Positions 27,301 through 40,200 of a DNA stretch of 64,000 nt are shown piece by piece. The stretch's first letter is position 1, and each line of letters opens with the position of its first letter. Position numbers and translations under genes: made by a program. Source of the DNA: Phoronis australis (taxonomy: Eukaryota > Animalia > Phoronida); assembly GCA_002633005.1 (NCBI GenBank), contig NMRA01000497.1, positions 260,363-324,362 of the forward strand, written 5' to 3'. The notes under the pieces are model-generated. The model made no database searches. It was not told the origin of the DNA and saw only the letters and a list, made by a program, of their open reading frames with translations.

Positions 27301-30300
27301 ATGTCTGTCAAATCTGGTAGTACGAATGAGCACCTTTAGGACGAATTGAGAATACAACCTTGTTTTCGAAAAATTCCGATTACAAGGAAAATGGTGAAGA
27401 ATGAAGACTATTTCGGCGGCGTTCAGGGGAACGCACAGTTGCATTCAAACACTTCTTGCTGACACGTCGTTGGCCAACTTCTTCCAAGTTTGGAAATTTA
27501 ACAATGGTTGTGAAGTAAACGCTAAAAACAGTCCAAACGTATAAAATGTCGAACTTTAACATTTGTACATCAAAGTGTCATCCCTGATCGTGCAACTGCA
27601 TGTGAATAATAACTGTAATGAATAAAGTGATGTATTTTTGTAGAATGATAATTACTTCTTCCAACAACACACATATACTTAGAGCTGCAGCTGTGTTATA
27701 ATAAATCTACGGTTAAATTTTACCAGGTATACTTTATATGAACATCTAAGTTTGTTGCAATGATGAGTGAAGGCTTTGACCATTAGACACCGATCCGCAA
27801 TTGTATACAATACCGCTTACTTTAGTCATTTATGACGTAAATGTCTTTGTAGTAGAACTTGTTCAAAGGGACATTTTCGCCGGTTATCGACGAAAAACGC
27901 GTTTTGGGGATTATCGGTGGGACGTCCTTCTTGAAGTTCCCATGAGTTTTGACGACAGCTATGTATACACAAAAAGGTACCGAGAGTGGCATATATATAC
28001 ATGTATACAAAACAATATCGCACGAAGGACATTATTCTGCGTATCGATCGAGACCGTTACGTAATTATTTTCAAGAAATTACACAAGTTCAATGCATCAT
28101 TACAGTCATCTTTGTTATATCTACAGTCTGAGTGAAGTAAAAATTCTGCCTTAAAATAAGAAATTAAAGGTGTATTTTCATTCTCCTTACTATGCCAATG
28201 TGAAGCAGAAACTAAACGACAATACTATTTTAACATAATCTATGCCAACCAAAGTGCAGCTGTATTCACTGACAACTGGTAAAAGTAGAAATAAAAAATC
28301 TGCTAATAGGTGACCTTTGCACTTATGACGTACCTCGCGGGCTCACATAACCCGCACAATGCAGCGTTATTCCCCAACACCTCGTCACGATGCTTACTGG
28401 GAACGTTTCAGTGATTTGCAGCGGTTTCTTAAAAACTTTTGACAATTTTAAACCTACTTCATGTTCACATCATCGTCATATGTTGTGTTTCTAATTTGGT
28501 CCGAAGCAGCCACAGAGATAATGAATTAGTCTGCAAGTTCCACTTTAAGAATTTGAAGCGTATGGGACCTTCGGTCTCGGTTGAATAATGTCATAATTTC
28601 ACCTGGACCACTCTCGGTACATTTTGTGTATGCATTCTGAAAGTGACCTTTTTCAAAAAAACTCTTGCACGCCACATATGTTCATGCAGTCTTTATGTAC
28701 ATGTGTAAGGCGTAATGCTCCTGTTACATTTACTGTACCACGCCTCAGTAACGTCAACTGAATTCGATTGCCTTACTTTCTCTCACCAGATTCCTACCGG
28801 ACAATTGTGTGATGGCCGGCCCATCACGAAGAGTCTTCCACCAGTACCCAAGGCATTCAGTTTCCACATGGAGACTACAGACCAAGACGTTGACATCAAA
28901 TACACGACAACAACGAGCGTGAGTTCGTGTTGAGAATGTGAGGGCTCAATGCTGATTGGCTTGTTACTCATGAAATGTTATATTTAATGCTCATTAAAGG
29001 AACATGTGAAATCAGCGAAATCGACACTACTTGCTACACGCGTAAAGATATTATAAAGCCACCTACTGAAAAAATCCAAAAACATTTGACCTTTATCATC
29101 TCTTGCCTGTACCAGGTGTTCCTTATTCACCTCAGGGTAGACATTAATAACGTAAGCACCCCGCTAAAGAGCACGATTTCGCTAGATTACGTGAGATATT
29201 GGCATGATTTTTTTGCATGAGAACGGATGATTCCGGTTAGATGTTAGAGAGGCCCGAGTGTATTGGTCCTAGCGTTTCCAAACTCTACCCTGATGTGATT
29301 TCTGGGCTAAGGAATAAGGAAAAGCGCTTTGATACAAGTGCGCATGCTCGGTCCACACAATGACCGCTGGTCAAGCTAAAGGTATCGGTCCATGGCTTCA
29401 ACATTAAGAACTGATAGTTCTTCCCACCACCATTGTAAGATTTGAGATATAGATCACTTTTGATAGCACGTTAAACTCCCATCTATTGTGGTTTAAATAC
29501 TCTCACCTCACCCGACAACGGTCTCATTTGTGACCAGGGAGATGCAAGCATTCGTGCACCGAATAAAGTGGTCTTGAAATACGATGCGACATGAAACATA
29601 AGAATACAGTGAAAATTAGCAACTGATGGCATCACAAGAAATGTGTCGTATTTTGACAGGAATGGTATGACCTTAAACAAAGTATCACACGTATGGACTA
29701 TACACCAATATTTGGACGTGGTGAAAACAAGTATGGTTTCGACCCACTTATCACTATTCACGACTTCAAAGACGGTAAGAGACAGTTGTTATTTTCACCA
29801 TTATCATTATCATTATTGTTATTGTTATCATTAGCAACTAGTGTGGGGTATCTTATATCATTGACAATGTCGTCAATTCGAATGGCAATTATTGTAGGTA
29901 TTTCCTACATAATTGACAAGAAAAGACGCAACTGTTCATTAACAGCCATCCCTCTCGAAGGATTTGACGATATTACATCATCATATAAAGTCACTCGTAT
30001 TCGGAATCCAAAGGAATTCTTCTCGCTGGACTCTACCACATATTACTACGAAGGAAAGGTTTGCAAACCAACTACTTACTGTAAATACACAAGTAACAGA
30101 CTTACTAGCTAACCAACTAATCAATTCACCTCCTAACTACCGAGCTAAAAGCTAGACCAACTTACTGCCCTCCTTCTTCCATATTCGCTTATAACTTGCT
30201 AAGTATTCACTAAGTGAACAAAGAGCAAACCAAGTGATGTAACTGGATGAAAGATGGTGTGATTGTATGAGTATAAGCTACAAAGGATAAGCAGGGAAGG

Positions 30301-33300
30301 TCTGAGTGAAAATGCGGGTAGGAACCGAGAAGTTTGGTAGGTGCGTGTGACGTGAATACAAATACGTATGTATTGCAGAGATGGGTGAGAAACATTCTCA
30401 CGGATGTCTACATCACGGAGAGACCCTACCCCAACTTTGACTCTGGTATACCTGCTAAGTGGGAGTGGTATTTCTCAGACGTAAGTCGATAACTCTAGCA
30501 ATGATATGGGTATACGCTTGATTGACCTTGCCAGTTTCACTGTGTTAACAGGTGGTGGAAAAAATTTCTGATGACAACTTCCGGGTTTTAAACCAAGCAG
30601 ACCCTGCGGAATCAGGGAGCCTATAAAGTACAGCTTATGTCGTTTATACGATGATTATGGTCTCTTCAACTTTATTGCCGTATGATCACGAAACGAATTT
30701 ACAACAAAATTTTTGAAATCCCTGAAGTTTTTAATCAATCAATACTCATACCACATAACAAGAAGGCATTACGTAAATTTTATTGTGTACCAATTTTTTG
30801 CGTTAAATTTCAGCAAATCTGCAACAATTTTGGTGACAAAAAATATTGCATTTCACTACTTACGATGACCATACCCGTAATTTTAAAACAAATGAGCTGT
30901 TTTTCATTAGAAATGTAATTGAGTTTAGTGCAGAATTAGAGAAACGTTTTTGTAAGGAAATAATGTTGCTGTTTCAAATTCAAAACAAACTTCAAATTTG
31001 CTCGCAATTTCAGTGTCTCGATATGCACAAAATATGAAACAATGTTACATGTAAATGCCACACTCTGTGTGGAATTTTCTGACATGCTCAAGTATGAGTA
31101 GCGGCATTTCCGAAGTAGTTATAGTGTGGGAAGCAATGCTGTGTTTTACTTTGATCACCAAAGTTTTACTGTAGATGCGTTATCTTAGAAATTATAATTT
31201 TCGAAGCAACCGAAGTCAAAGACGTCTGAACTAATATAAATAGTAAACATCAGTGCACATTATATACGTTGTTACTTTTTCTCCATATTGCAGAAAAACT
31301 GGTATGTGATCAATGGAAATGGGAAGACGCCTTCGTACTCGGATCCAGTAAAACTGGTCATATACCCTAGAGATAAGGTAAGACACTTAACCGTGTGCAA
31401 CTTTGTAATAGTGGGCATCAATAAATACATGTACAATCAGTTGAAACTGGAGAGGGGAACTCAAGATGAAATAGGATATAAATTGCATCATTATTCGCGA
31501 GCAGCATACAATATTATTCTGTAAGATCATTCCTTTTCGAGCTGGAACACAGTGCGGAGAAATGGATACCGGCTTGAAAGCTGTTGGTTTTATATTAGAC
31601 AACGTGCATTGACTTTATGCAGGTGAGTGAGTAGGTGCAAAAAATTATGTAAATCGAAATTCTGGAAGTTCTGCTGTAAAGCATATAGGTAAGAATGAAT
31701 TATTGGGCCATCTGTGACCAATATGTGGCGTGTATGAATATCAATAATTCTTACGTATGCCATATCAACACACCGATTTATAACATAACAATTACATGTG
31801 TATACATGTATTTGCACTCCCGAGTTTGGGTAAGCTGCTTTCTATTAAGTCGGTTTGGATTTCTGAAATCGTCCGATTGTGCCGATAGATAAGTGGACCA
31901 GAACGTAAGCACAGCTAAAAACTAAGTACAGGGTGGTGACAGAGATCTTTCCATACTTAAAGTGGCATAGATAGCCTGAACAGACTAACTTGAATCATTC
32001 AAATTGGTTCTCTGCCACTGAAAAAATCAAACTGTTCACAAGATATTTTTATGATTTGTTTGTAAAGAATTTGAATTTCTGTTGGATTCGAAGCATTTTT
32101 TCCTTTAGATTCAAATTAAAAAAGAAGAAAAACGATATGTAAAATACTCGTCACTTCGTCGATCAGCGTGTCTCATTTGGTATACCAAGACGTAGCACAT
32201 TTCCCTCATAAGGAAACGTGACCTTTGACCGGGTAATTCTATAAGCGCATGCGCCCCTAACATTCTCTCAGATTCCATTTGGCAGTTTGGGGGTGCGAGT
32301 TTCTGACGGGCAAACTCGGGGCTAGTACTCTACCCTGGCTCTCCATAACACAAAATCCTGGATTCGCCCCTGGTATACTTTACCAAGTTTCACTTTACGT
32401 GCCCCTTTAACACTAATCCTCAATTGACACATTTTCAGAGGCTACCGATGCAAGTCATGCATTTCTTCAAATTCACAGAAGAGTCTGCTGGTATAGAGAC
32501 GAACGATGTATCAACGTGTTACAGGGAAGGCGAACGAAAGTCGTATAACATCGTTTTAAACGGTATATATATAGACGCTATTACCAGACCAGGCTGTCAT
32601 TTTCCACAGTCTAGACCCCGAGTGGGATTTGGGGGTTCATCCGCTTATCCCCTATTTGGAGCCATTCACTCCACAGAACATATAAAAGAATCACGTGTAA
32701 ATCAAAATAATCAGCTTTGAACTTTCGTTGGTCGTGACGTCTGTCATCCCTATATGCAAAGGAGGGGACCAACCCACGTATTTATGATACAGAACATCGT
32801 GACAAACCCTCCATTTGCACCAAATCTCACTCGGGGAAAGCTGTATGAGCTATTTAGCGTTGAAGCTCATATAGGGGGATTAATCGTAACATGTTCCTTT
32901 ACACTGTTAGTATACACATGTACTGAATGTCAGGAGTTCTGTCGCAGTTATTGGTACGTGGTACTAGCGAGTACAGTAGTTCAAGTTAAGTTGCTTTGGT
33001 TAAATGTTGGCACTAAAATTTGGAGTATTCTTGAGTGAAAAGAATGACCAATGATATGCTGCATCTTAATTAAGTCACGATTAATCTATGGATATGAGAA
33101 ACCACGAGATTATCGACATCTTGCAGGGAAGTTCAAGGGTAACGTGGACAGACGTTTGCCGCTATTTCGCTATCGTTTTGCGATTACGATAGAAAAAGTG
33201 ACAGGTATAAGACAGCTGCGAGTTCAAGATATCGTTGTAAGTAGCAACTTTATAACTGTCCACAATGAGAACCGATGAGCCAATGAATAAGAATCACAAC

Positions 33301-36300
33301 GCCGTGGTGTTAAACAATTAGTTTTATTTCGATTATCATGATCTGGCCCTCTCAGTGTTGTATCGTTACACCGTATACATGTAGTTACGTTGTGTGTGTC
33401 ATATCGCACCTCTTGCTAAATTTCATGCAACTGTGCCTGTCCAGATTCTAAAGTGTGTCATAAAGCTCCACATTTTTATTTAATTCTAGTTGCAGTTTTT
33501 GTTGAAAATCATACGGGTGCGTTCCGTAGAGCAAGTTTCTTGCGAAGGTGACAAGCCAACGCAAAGGCACGCGAAAAATTCGCGAGTAAAGTAGAAACCA
33601 ATTACTAGAGTACGTAGGCTAGCAAAATGGATGCAACAGAAACTATTAGATCAAATGTTTTGGGAGAATTCACGGTTTCCATTCCATAAGCTGAGATGTT
33701 TGCCGCAGGTGTCACGTGATCGTCTTGGAACGCATCCTCATGGCTTCATACATTCATGTTTAATCCATACATGTTGGCAGTGCAATGCTGCTTAATGTTT
33801 TGGAAAGTAACCACCGGGCACAGTGATTTGTGATTTCCCGGCTGCTCAATTATGTCGCTGCAAACATTAAATATATATCGCATAATTGCAGGTCTCATCC
33901 GGCGATAACGGAGGTCATGTTTTGGTTCATTTCACTCTGCACGGCCCTGTGCTGCTCCCCGGTAACGTACATGTAGGTCACGTTCCGGCACAAGTTTCCC
34001 TGGCGGACGCTGAGAAAGACATAACAGCTTGGGTGAATGTCGGAAATTTTTCAGTTCACATGACATGGGCCGATAACAAAGTAAGCGGCCTTATTTGTTG
34101 AAAATAAACTGTAAATTTACTTCGCGACCCTGAATCATATCAGAATGTAATAGTTGATTTTATTTTCTAATATACTTCTTTGGAAATTTACTCCTGCATG
34201 TACATTGTCCAAGCGACAACAGGCTGTGGTCTTCTCTGCTTTGGCGAACCTGTGGACGTTGAGTGCAGGGGAGGTATTTACGAAAATGTCTGCCTCCGAA
34301 GGACTGCGCTAGTTTATTGAGAAGCTTCGCTACACAGCTACATATATCCCGACAATGTTCTTGTGATGGCTCATGGTTGTAATTTTATTACATGCGCAGT
34401 TATACTAACATGGTGTTTATTCATGTCTCATAAAGTCGTGTCCTGTTCTTGCAAAAAATGGAAATTCATTCTCATGTAAAAATAAATAAAGCTCCTCAAA
34501 ATTTGTGGTTCGACCCTTTTTCGACGCAGTTGTGATCTCGAACACCAGCTGACAGGCCGTGAATCATGTGTAAGAATGTTTAGAACTCGAAACTTTATGA
34601 GCTGTTATTGTTCTCGTAGCAAGACACATTCTCGAAGAGTTGCTGGAAAGAAAAAATGGGCTGCGTTGTCTAAAATGAAAGGATTTTCATTTTTCTTTTC
34701 CGTCAGATGGTGTTCATGACAGCGGTGCCGGACTCCTTCAAGGAAGATAAAGACGGACATTCAACACTGCCTCTGACTAACACCTCTTCAGGTAAACATT
34801 GGCTGCATTTGACTTGAAACCCTCACGTTTCCTTCATCAGTCATAATAATTGTTGATTGGCTGTTCCAGGTTACGATGTCCTGTTCTCGAACCACTTAAA
34901 TGTTTTGCAAGCTCGGGAGAGTGAATATAGTGCCTGTAACTAAGGGGTCATTCACAATCATTGCCATTTTCACGAGCGTACACACGGCATGCCTTTCCTG
35001 ACACTCCCGCCCTCCTGATATCTTTATACTCTATATGGTCTTGTATCTGTTTAACTGAATGTGTATCAGAGTTACATGCCAGTGTTTGTTTGTGAAGTGA
35101 CGTCATACAAAATTTAAACATTATTTGCAAACAATTCTTCTTGTACTTTGTTTTTGGCTGGTTGGATCTTGGCCACATGTCTTTGTGATTGTTTCATCAT
35201 GTTAAGCATATTGACTAGTGCTATTTGATATTCCCATTTTCAGCAGCAAACCCAAACCCCAAAAGTGTATGGTTTGTACGCTCCCAAAAATGGCGACAAT
35301 TGTGAACTTCTCGAATGTGATTTCATCTGAAGCTGAATAGGGAAATTGCTAAGGATTTACAGGGTCGAATTCTTGCCGTTCAAATTACCAAAGGGAAAAT
35401 GGAGGTTTTTATGTATATAATTTGATCTAAGACATCCCCTTTCCCTTGTACAAGATATTTTTGATAAAGGACCACTTTATAGCTTAATTCAATTTAATAA
35501 AAAGTCTGTTGCTATGCGGAGAGATACCGAGTATTGTATTCTTATAACCGTCGTGGCGAGTATCTAAGGCATGTGTCTACACGTACACGTATTAGCAAAA
35601 CTGCGCCATTATTCTGAAGTAAGCGCACGACCTGTAATGCGAAGCACTTGAGCGAAAAGCTGGAAGTCGCATTACAGAATCACATTGAGTGAAGCCCGAC
35701 TCATTCCTTGCAAAACGTTTGCTGTTGACGAGTATTCAGTTTATGAGATCGACAATATAAATGCAAACTCTAAAAATGAAAAAATCAAGTACACGTACTA
35801 TGCACATATAACAGATAACATCCTATATTTGAAATCAGTGAGAAATTGTTAATTGGGATATTTCGTGGCCTTATGTACGCACGCATTCGGTCAATGGGAA
35901 CTATTAGTTTGGTTTCTGAGCCTTCTAACTGCGAGCTTTTCGTAGAAATACAATTCTCTTCAAGTTCCCTCTGTCTGAACATCGTGGCTCAGGCTAGAAT
36001 CAACGAGATTTAACTCTACCATACAAGTTCATATTCGTGCTTTTATTTCCGTAACTGTTTTGTCATAATTTTGTTAAAAGGTCAGCGTTTCGACCTAATT
36101 AGTTGACTAGAAAGTGTGTTTAATACACCGTTGTAGATATTTGTCTTACAGGCACTTTGACCGGCATCGCTATAGGAATGGCTCTGTTAGGACTTGTGTT
36201 GGGAGCGTTGGTCATGATCGTTTATCAAAGAGTGAAGGCTAGGCAGTCCAATGCTTATCCCATGTTGCTACAGAATCAGAGCACTTCCTGTACTGATCAG

Positions 36301-36309
36301 GATGCATAA
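18302..36309 (+). CDS. Type I membrane protein with two fibronectin type II domains, two LolA/ependymin-like repeats, a TM helix and a short tail (5'-incomplete, ~734 aa assembled)
   Basis: Exons 18302-18457, 20747-21118, 21537-21638, 24442-24606, 26819-26970, 28790-28918, 29660-29774, 29898-30058, 30379-30480, 31294-31377, 32439-32562, 33127-33236, 33892-34080, 34707-34791, 36152-36309 join in phase with no stops. FN2 motifs: CKFPFVY...WCSTTGNYD and CVFPFKY...WCGTASDVD..WGEC. Repeat motifs: LPSLPTTFSA..EEYYD and LPPVPKAFSF..EWYD. TM segment: TLTGIAIGMALLGLVLGALVMIVY. The LolA-like assignment is from recalled family motifs and is less certain than the gene model. Confidence 0.85.
19950..20450 (-). 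mobile_element. Possible highly decayed Crypton-like (tyrosine recombinase) fragment
   Basis: Weak minus-strand resemblance only (VLQTM..KITSLF; IPFGGKIALERK..; EHS-like motif) to DUF3504-type recombinases. Not verifiable by eye. Confidence 0.2.
24630..26750 (-). mobile_element. Decayed DIRS/Ngaro-type (tyrosine recombinase) retrotransposon in an intron
   Basis: Minus-strand RT motifs PLGLIFKKEPNKFRLIYNFS, MAKTDIK/DTFRLVP and GFSSSCSIFKRFS. Connection/RNase H region LPEDKL...IGLLN...GAFLRRFID...ARADICSW followed by LYTDA. A weak recombinase-like tail lies near 24640-24740. Frameshifted. Confidence 0.85.
25996..26233. mobile_element. MITE nested in the retrotransposon RT
   Basis: TIRs catttgcgcacccag / ctgggtgcgcgcatg with 5-bp flanks tttga / cttga. 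Removing it rejoins AKTDIK to DTFRLVP. Contains an N at 26022. Confidence 0.8.
32252..32372 (+). mobile_element. 5'-truncated copy of the CAGTGGCGG...CGCCCCTG MITE
   Basis: Shares atttggcagt..gggg..tctgacgggcaaa...aaaatcctggattcgcccctg with the copies at 48821, 52030 and 56631. Confidence 0.75.
33515..33736. mobile_element. MITE with GGGTGCGTTCC/GGAACGCATCC inverted ends
   Basis: Inverted termini about 220 bp apart. The same 5' end (gggtgcgttccgt) recurs at ~54932. Confidence 0.5.
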
Positions 36310-36589
36310 CTTGTAGCCAGGGTGTGTGTTCTTCAACAAGATTGTGAAGACTGGTGCAAACATTGAAAAGTTCGTTGATTTAGCCACAGTGCGTAGAGAA
36401 AAAATTGTTTAGTTCCGTGTTTTGTATTTACTGTGTTTGTATATATATATATATATTTGTTATAATTGTACTTGGGGCCTCTGGCCTCGAATGCAATACA
36501 ATATGGTAATATGGTGTGGGAACAGAATCTCAGTTCTTGCATTGATTTAAACAGCGGTGCAAGGATAATTATCAGCAATAATGGCTTGA

Positions 36590-36830
36590 TCTTAAACTTA
36601 AATAAATCGTCAAAACTGGAAACGTATGTGAAAATTAAATCACATATATACTACGAAGATTGCTTGCATATAATTGATAGTATTGCAGTTAGAACGCAAA
36701 TGACCAGACTGAGATGCTCGGCACATCATTTGTACATTGAAATCATTGTAACATGGCAAAGTTTGCGAGGTTGCGTGCAATCAGCGTAAGACCATGTATT
36801 GAAAATGAAACGACTTTTGTACAGAATGTC
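36590..36830 (+). mobile_element. 3' remnant of a non-LTR (LINE) retrotransposon ORF2
   Basis: SSKLETYVKIKSHIYYEDCL...RTQMTRLRCSAHHLYIE...C...IENET matches the recalled KLRTY..LTKLRISAHxLxIE..CxxC..EDExHF C-terminus of invertebrate LINE ORF2. Confidence 0.7.
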
Positions 36831-37242
36831 CCTACTATGATGAGAACGCTCGAGGTACATGTACGTACCGTGGGGGCGAGGAATATTGGCAACTCCCGAT
36901 TTTGGAACGAGGGGCCTCACGGCGCAACGCTTCCAAGGAGTGGGGGACCACAACGTGCAACGTCTCCTAAACACTAAAAGTATATCCTCATAGATACGTT
37001 CTAAACTTATTTGAGATTTTGGTTAGGTCCTTAAATTTTAACGTTCTGTGAAACCTCTCTGGTAAAATTTTCAGTGTCCAGTGACTTCGTTGATTGTTAA
37101 ATAAATACAATTTTTAAAATTGTAGCAACTATTGTTTCGTTATTGAAATGACCATTTATTTTTTTAAATGTTGATGTTGAATTTCACAACCTTATTTACG
37201 AAAAATAACGACACATCAGTATCAAAAATAACAACTGCTTGC

Positions 37243-40200
37243 TCAACAGTAAATAACAAGGAATAACACCAGAAACCCGTAGCGCAAAATTTTAACACCA
37301 GCTTCGACAAGAAGACTGCTATCTGCAGAATTTAAAATGTGAGTCGGTGTGGATGATGTTGTAGTCCCGTGATCGATCTTAGCCGACAGGGTGTCGCCAT
37401 ATTTGTTCAAAATCTGCAAAGCGACACCATTGGTCCATCCAAAACCAAGTTGAACATCATATTCGCCTCCCCCGCCACGGGCTCCTACCATTGTTGCATC
37501 ATACTGAAAAGTAAAAGTGCATTAACATAACGATGGTGAAACTTTGTTCGTCGGTGCCTCTCGCCCAGTCCACACTTGTAGACTTAACTAAGAAAGTCCT
37601 AAAGACGCGATCTTAAGACATAAACACTGCAACTAACGTTCGCATTCGCAATTATGGCGGCGATAAATTTGTTTTCTGTCACACTAATGATTTAGAACGC
37701 TCACCATTTTGAAATTTGTCTCATATTGTTTCTTAGTCAAGTTAGAGCCGACTTAAAATTGTGAACCTAGAAAGAATGGTCAGTTCATTATTGATTGAGA
37801 CCAAACTTTACAAATCGGCATGTCACAGAGGGTCAGTTGAAGCGTCCGTCAATGTCTTGAGCAGTAACAACCTGCCATTTTTCTCGAAACCCAATCACTT
37901 CTCGGAGAGGTGTTGTAAGCTCCGTGTATAAGTGGCCTTAACTAAAGGTGAGTTTTGTTGACGGACATATTCTTGTTGCACCTTCAAGGATCATTTGCAT
38001 AAACAATTTTAAAGATCTACGCTACTGTTGTTTGTTTTAAATCGACTGGTACCTTGGACATCTAATCTAGCTCAGACTTTCAATTGCATAACGTGGTTGA
38101 GATTTTTGGAGGTTTCTTGAGGCACAACTGGGAGTGCATTTTGTCTGCCATGGGGCATTTAGAGATCAGTGACCATGTGACAAGTATTGAATCACATGGA
38201 ATTGTTTTTTGTAGTATCTCGAATGTATGAGCTAGCTCATTTCTGGGGGGGGGTGTCTTTTTGGTATTTGCTGGACCCATTCCAGAGTGCAGTTTGTCTG
38301 TCATGGGTCATGTAGTGTTCACTGCGGAACTATTGTTCGTTTTAAATCAGTTTTGGCCAGTACCTCGAACATCTAATCTGGCTCATTTTTGACACGTTTG
38401 TAAGATCCTCAGTCACCTACGCCCAGAGTGCAGACAACGGCAGACGTCCATTTCTGTATATACTGAGGTGGGCTCTAAGTGCTCCTGTGGCCAGATATTG
38501 GTACATGTACCACGTTCGTCTATGCTAGGTGCTCTGGGCTGCCGGTCTAAACGTAGGCGAGCGCTCGTGATCACCCTCAATAGGTTGTTCGCTTCAAAAT
38601 CCAAGATGGCGTTCAGCGTATCCTAAGAGTTTCAAGCCGATTACCTTGAGCAACGACAATGACTCTTTTTGAAAGTACACGAAGTGTGCACGACATGATT
38701 GATGGAAATAACTGTCGTAAGTTTGGTACCAAAAATGCAATCTAGTTTAGTTTTGTGGAGGATTGCTAAATAAGGGTTACAGGAGCCCGTCTTCGTTTTC
38801 TGAAGCTCCAACTTGTGTAAGTTAAACAACATACTGTAAAACTGGTAAGCTACGGTACCTTCTCATACATATGACCGTATTTTTCCCACGACTTCCACGT
38901 TGTAAACGTCCATTTCTCAGCAAGGTTTTTGCCGTGTCTTCTCATTTCTGGGATACTGGACGAGTCCAGTGCCCATATGTACATCTGTTGAAGTGGAGGC
39001 CAAGCGTTTGGAAAATCCCACTGTTGTCTCGAGGATGTGTCGGATGTAGGGATTCCACCCGGGTAATTCAGAACATCTTTCCTCTACAGATAGAAATAGC
39101 CGTTAAAACACGTGTATATGTTGCATATCCTCAGAGACATGAAAGTATAAGCCCACTTCTTATCACAAAAGTCAGTTTTTATTTACGGTTACGAAACTCG
39201 TCTGTTTTTTCCTGAGTACAAAACTGGTGTCATCGTTGTGCTTGTCAACAACTGAGAGTCATTTAATGCTTGCGACAAGGTAATACAAGTCGAATTGTCA
39301 CGGCGTGACCTCTTATTAGCCGAGTATGGCTCGAGGAACAACGAATTTCTTCAAAGCCACAAACCTCTTCTCATTTGAGTGAGGGACAAGATAAGATCAA
39401 CTTGATATCCGGAAATGGTCTAAATCAAAATTCAATATCTTCCACGTAGTGCCGGTTTATTGCCCCTTCAAAAAAATCCATTAAAATAGCAACCTCCCCA
39501 TGTCACAGAGAGGCAAATCGCATAATGGTAACTAACGAAAAACGATTGGAGCGTATGGTTTCAGTGTGCCTTACTTTCCCACATAACGGGTATTACGTTG
39601 GTGACGTCATGAACAGGTTTTCCCACATTCACGTTAAGGTCAGTTCAGTGCACCGTAAATGTAGGACCACGTGACCGGACTTAATTTCCCTTATACACCT
39701 TACGCAACACTCTACACACCTTCAAATAGTCTAAAACTTTTCTCTCGATTTCGCTTTTATTTTTTGTGCTATGCCCATGGCAACCGGTCCACAGTGGCGC
39801 AATAGAGGATGCGTAGAATTCGTTATTGCTTTCACTCGTGGCCATGTTGAAGTCATGCCATATTCCTTCGACGTCGTTCCATAAGATGTCTCGGATGGCC
39901 TTCTGACGCTCTTCACTTTTTTGTTGGTACATGTTGCTTTTTGCGGTATCACCTTCAGTTATAGGGGATATAGGCTTTGAAATGTAATCAAGATATTTAC
40001 TGGTACATGCAGATCAATACGTGGATTTACTTGCCACCATGTCAAACAACTAATGTAGAAAGCAAGATCTTAAAAAAGCTTTTTACATAAAAGCTCAGTA
40101 AAATCCGTGTGTGTGACAAAATGAGTTGCCAGCACTATTAAATCAATGAATTGATGTTTTTATTCTCAATTGTTCTACATAGTTGATGCTGTCGCGTATT

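Noticed and set aside
31526-31623. Exon-like segment ending gcag|gtgagt inside the membrane-protein gene
   Set aside because: It has an in-frame stop in the required phase, and the flanking exons join cleanly without it.
35244-35275. Possible microexon before the TM exon
   Set aside because: No donor gives the needed phase; 34791 joins 36152 directly.
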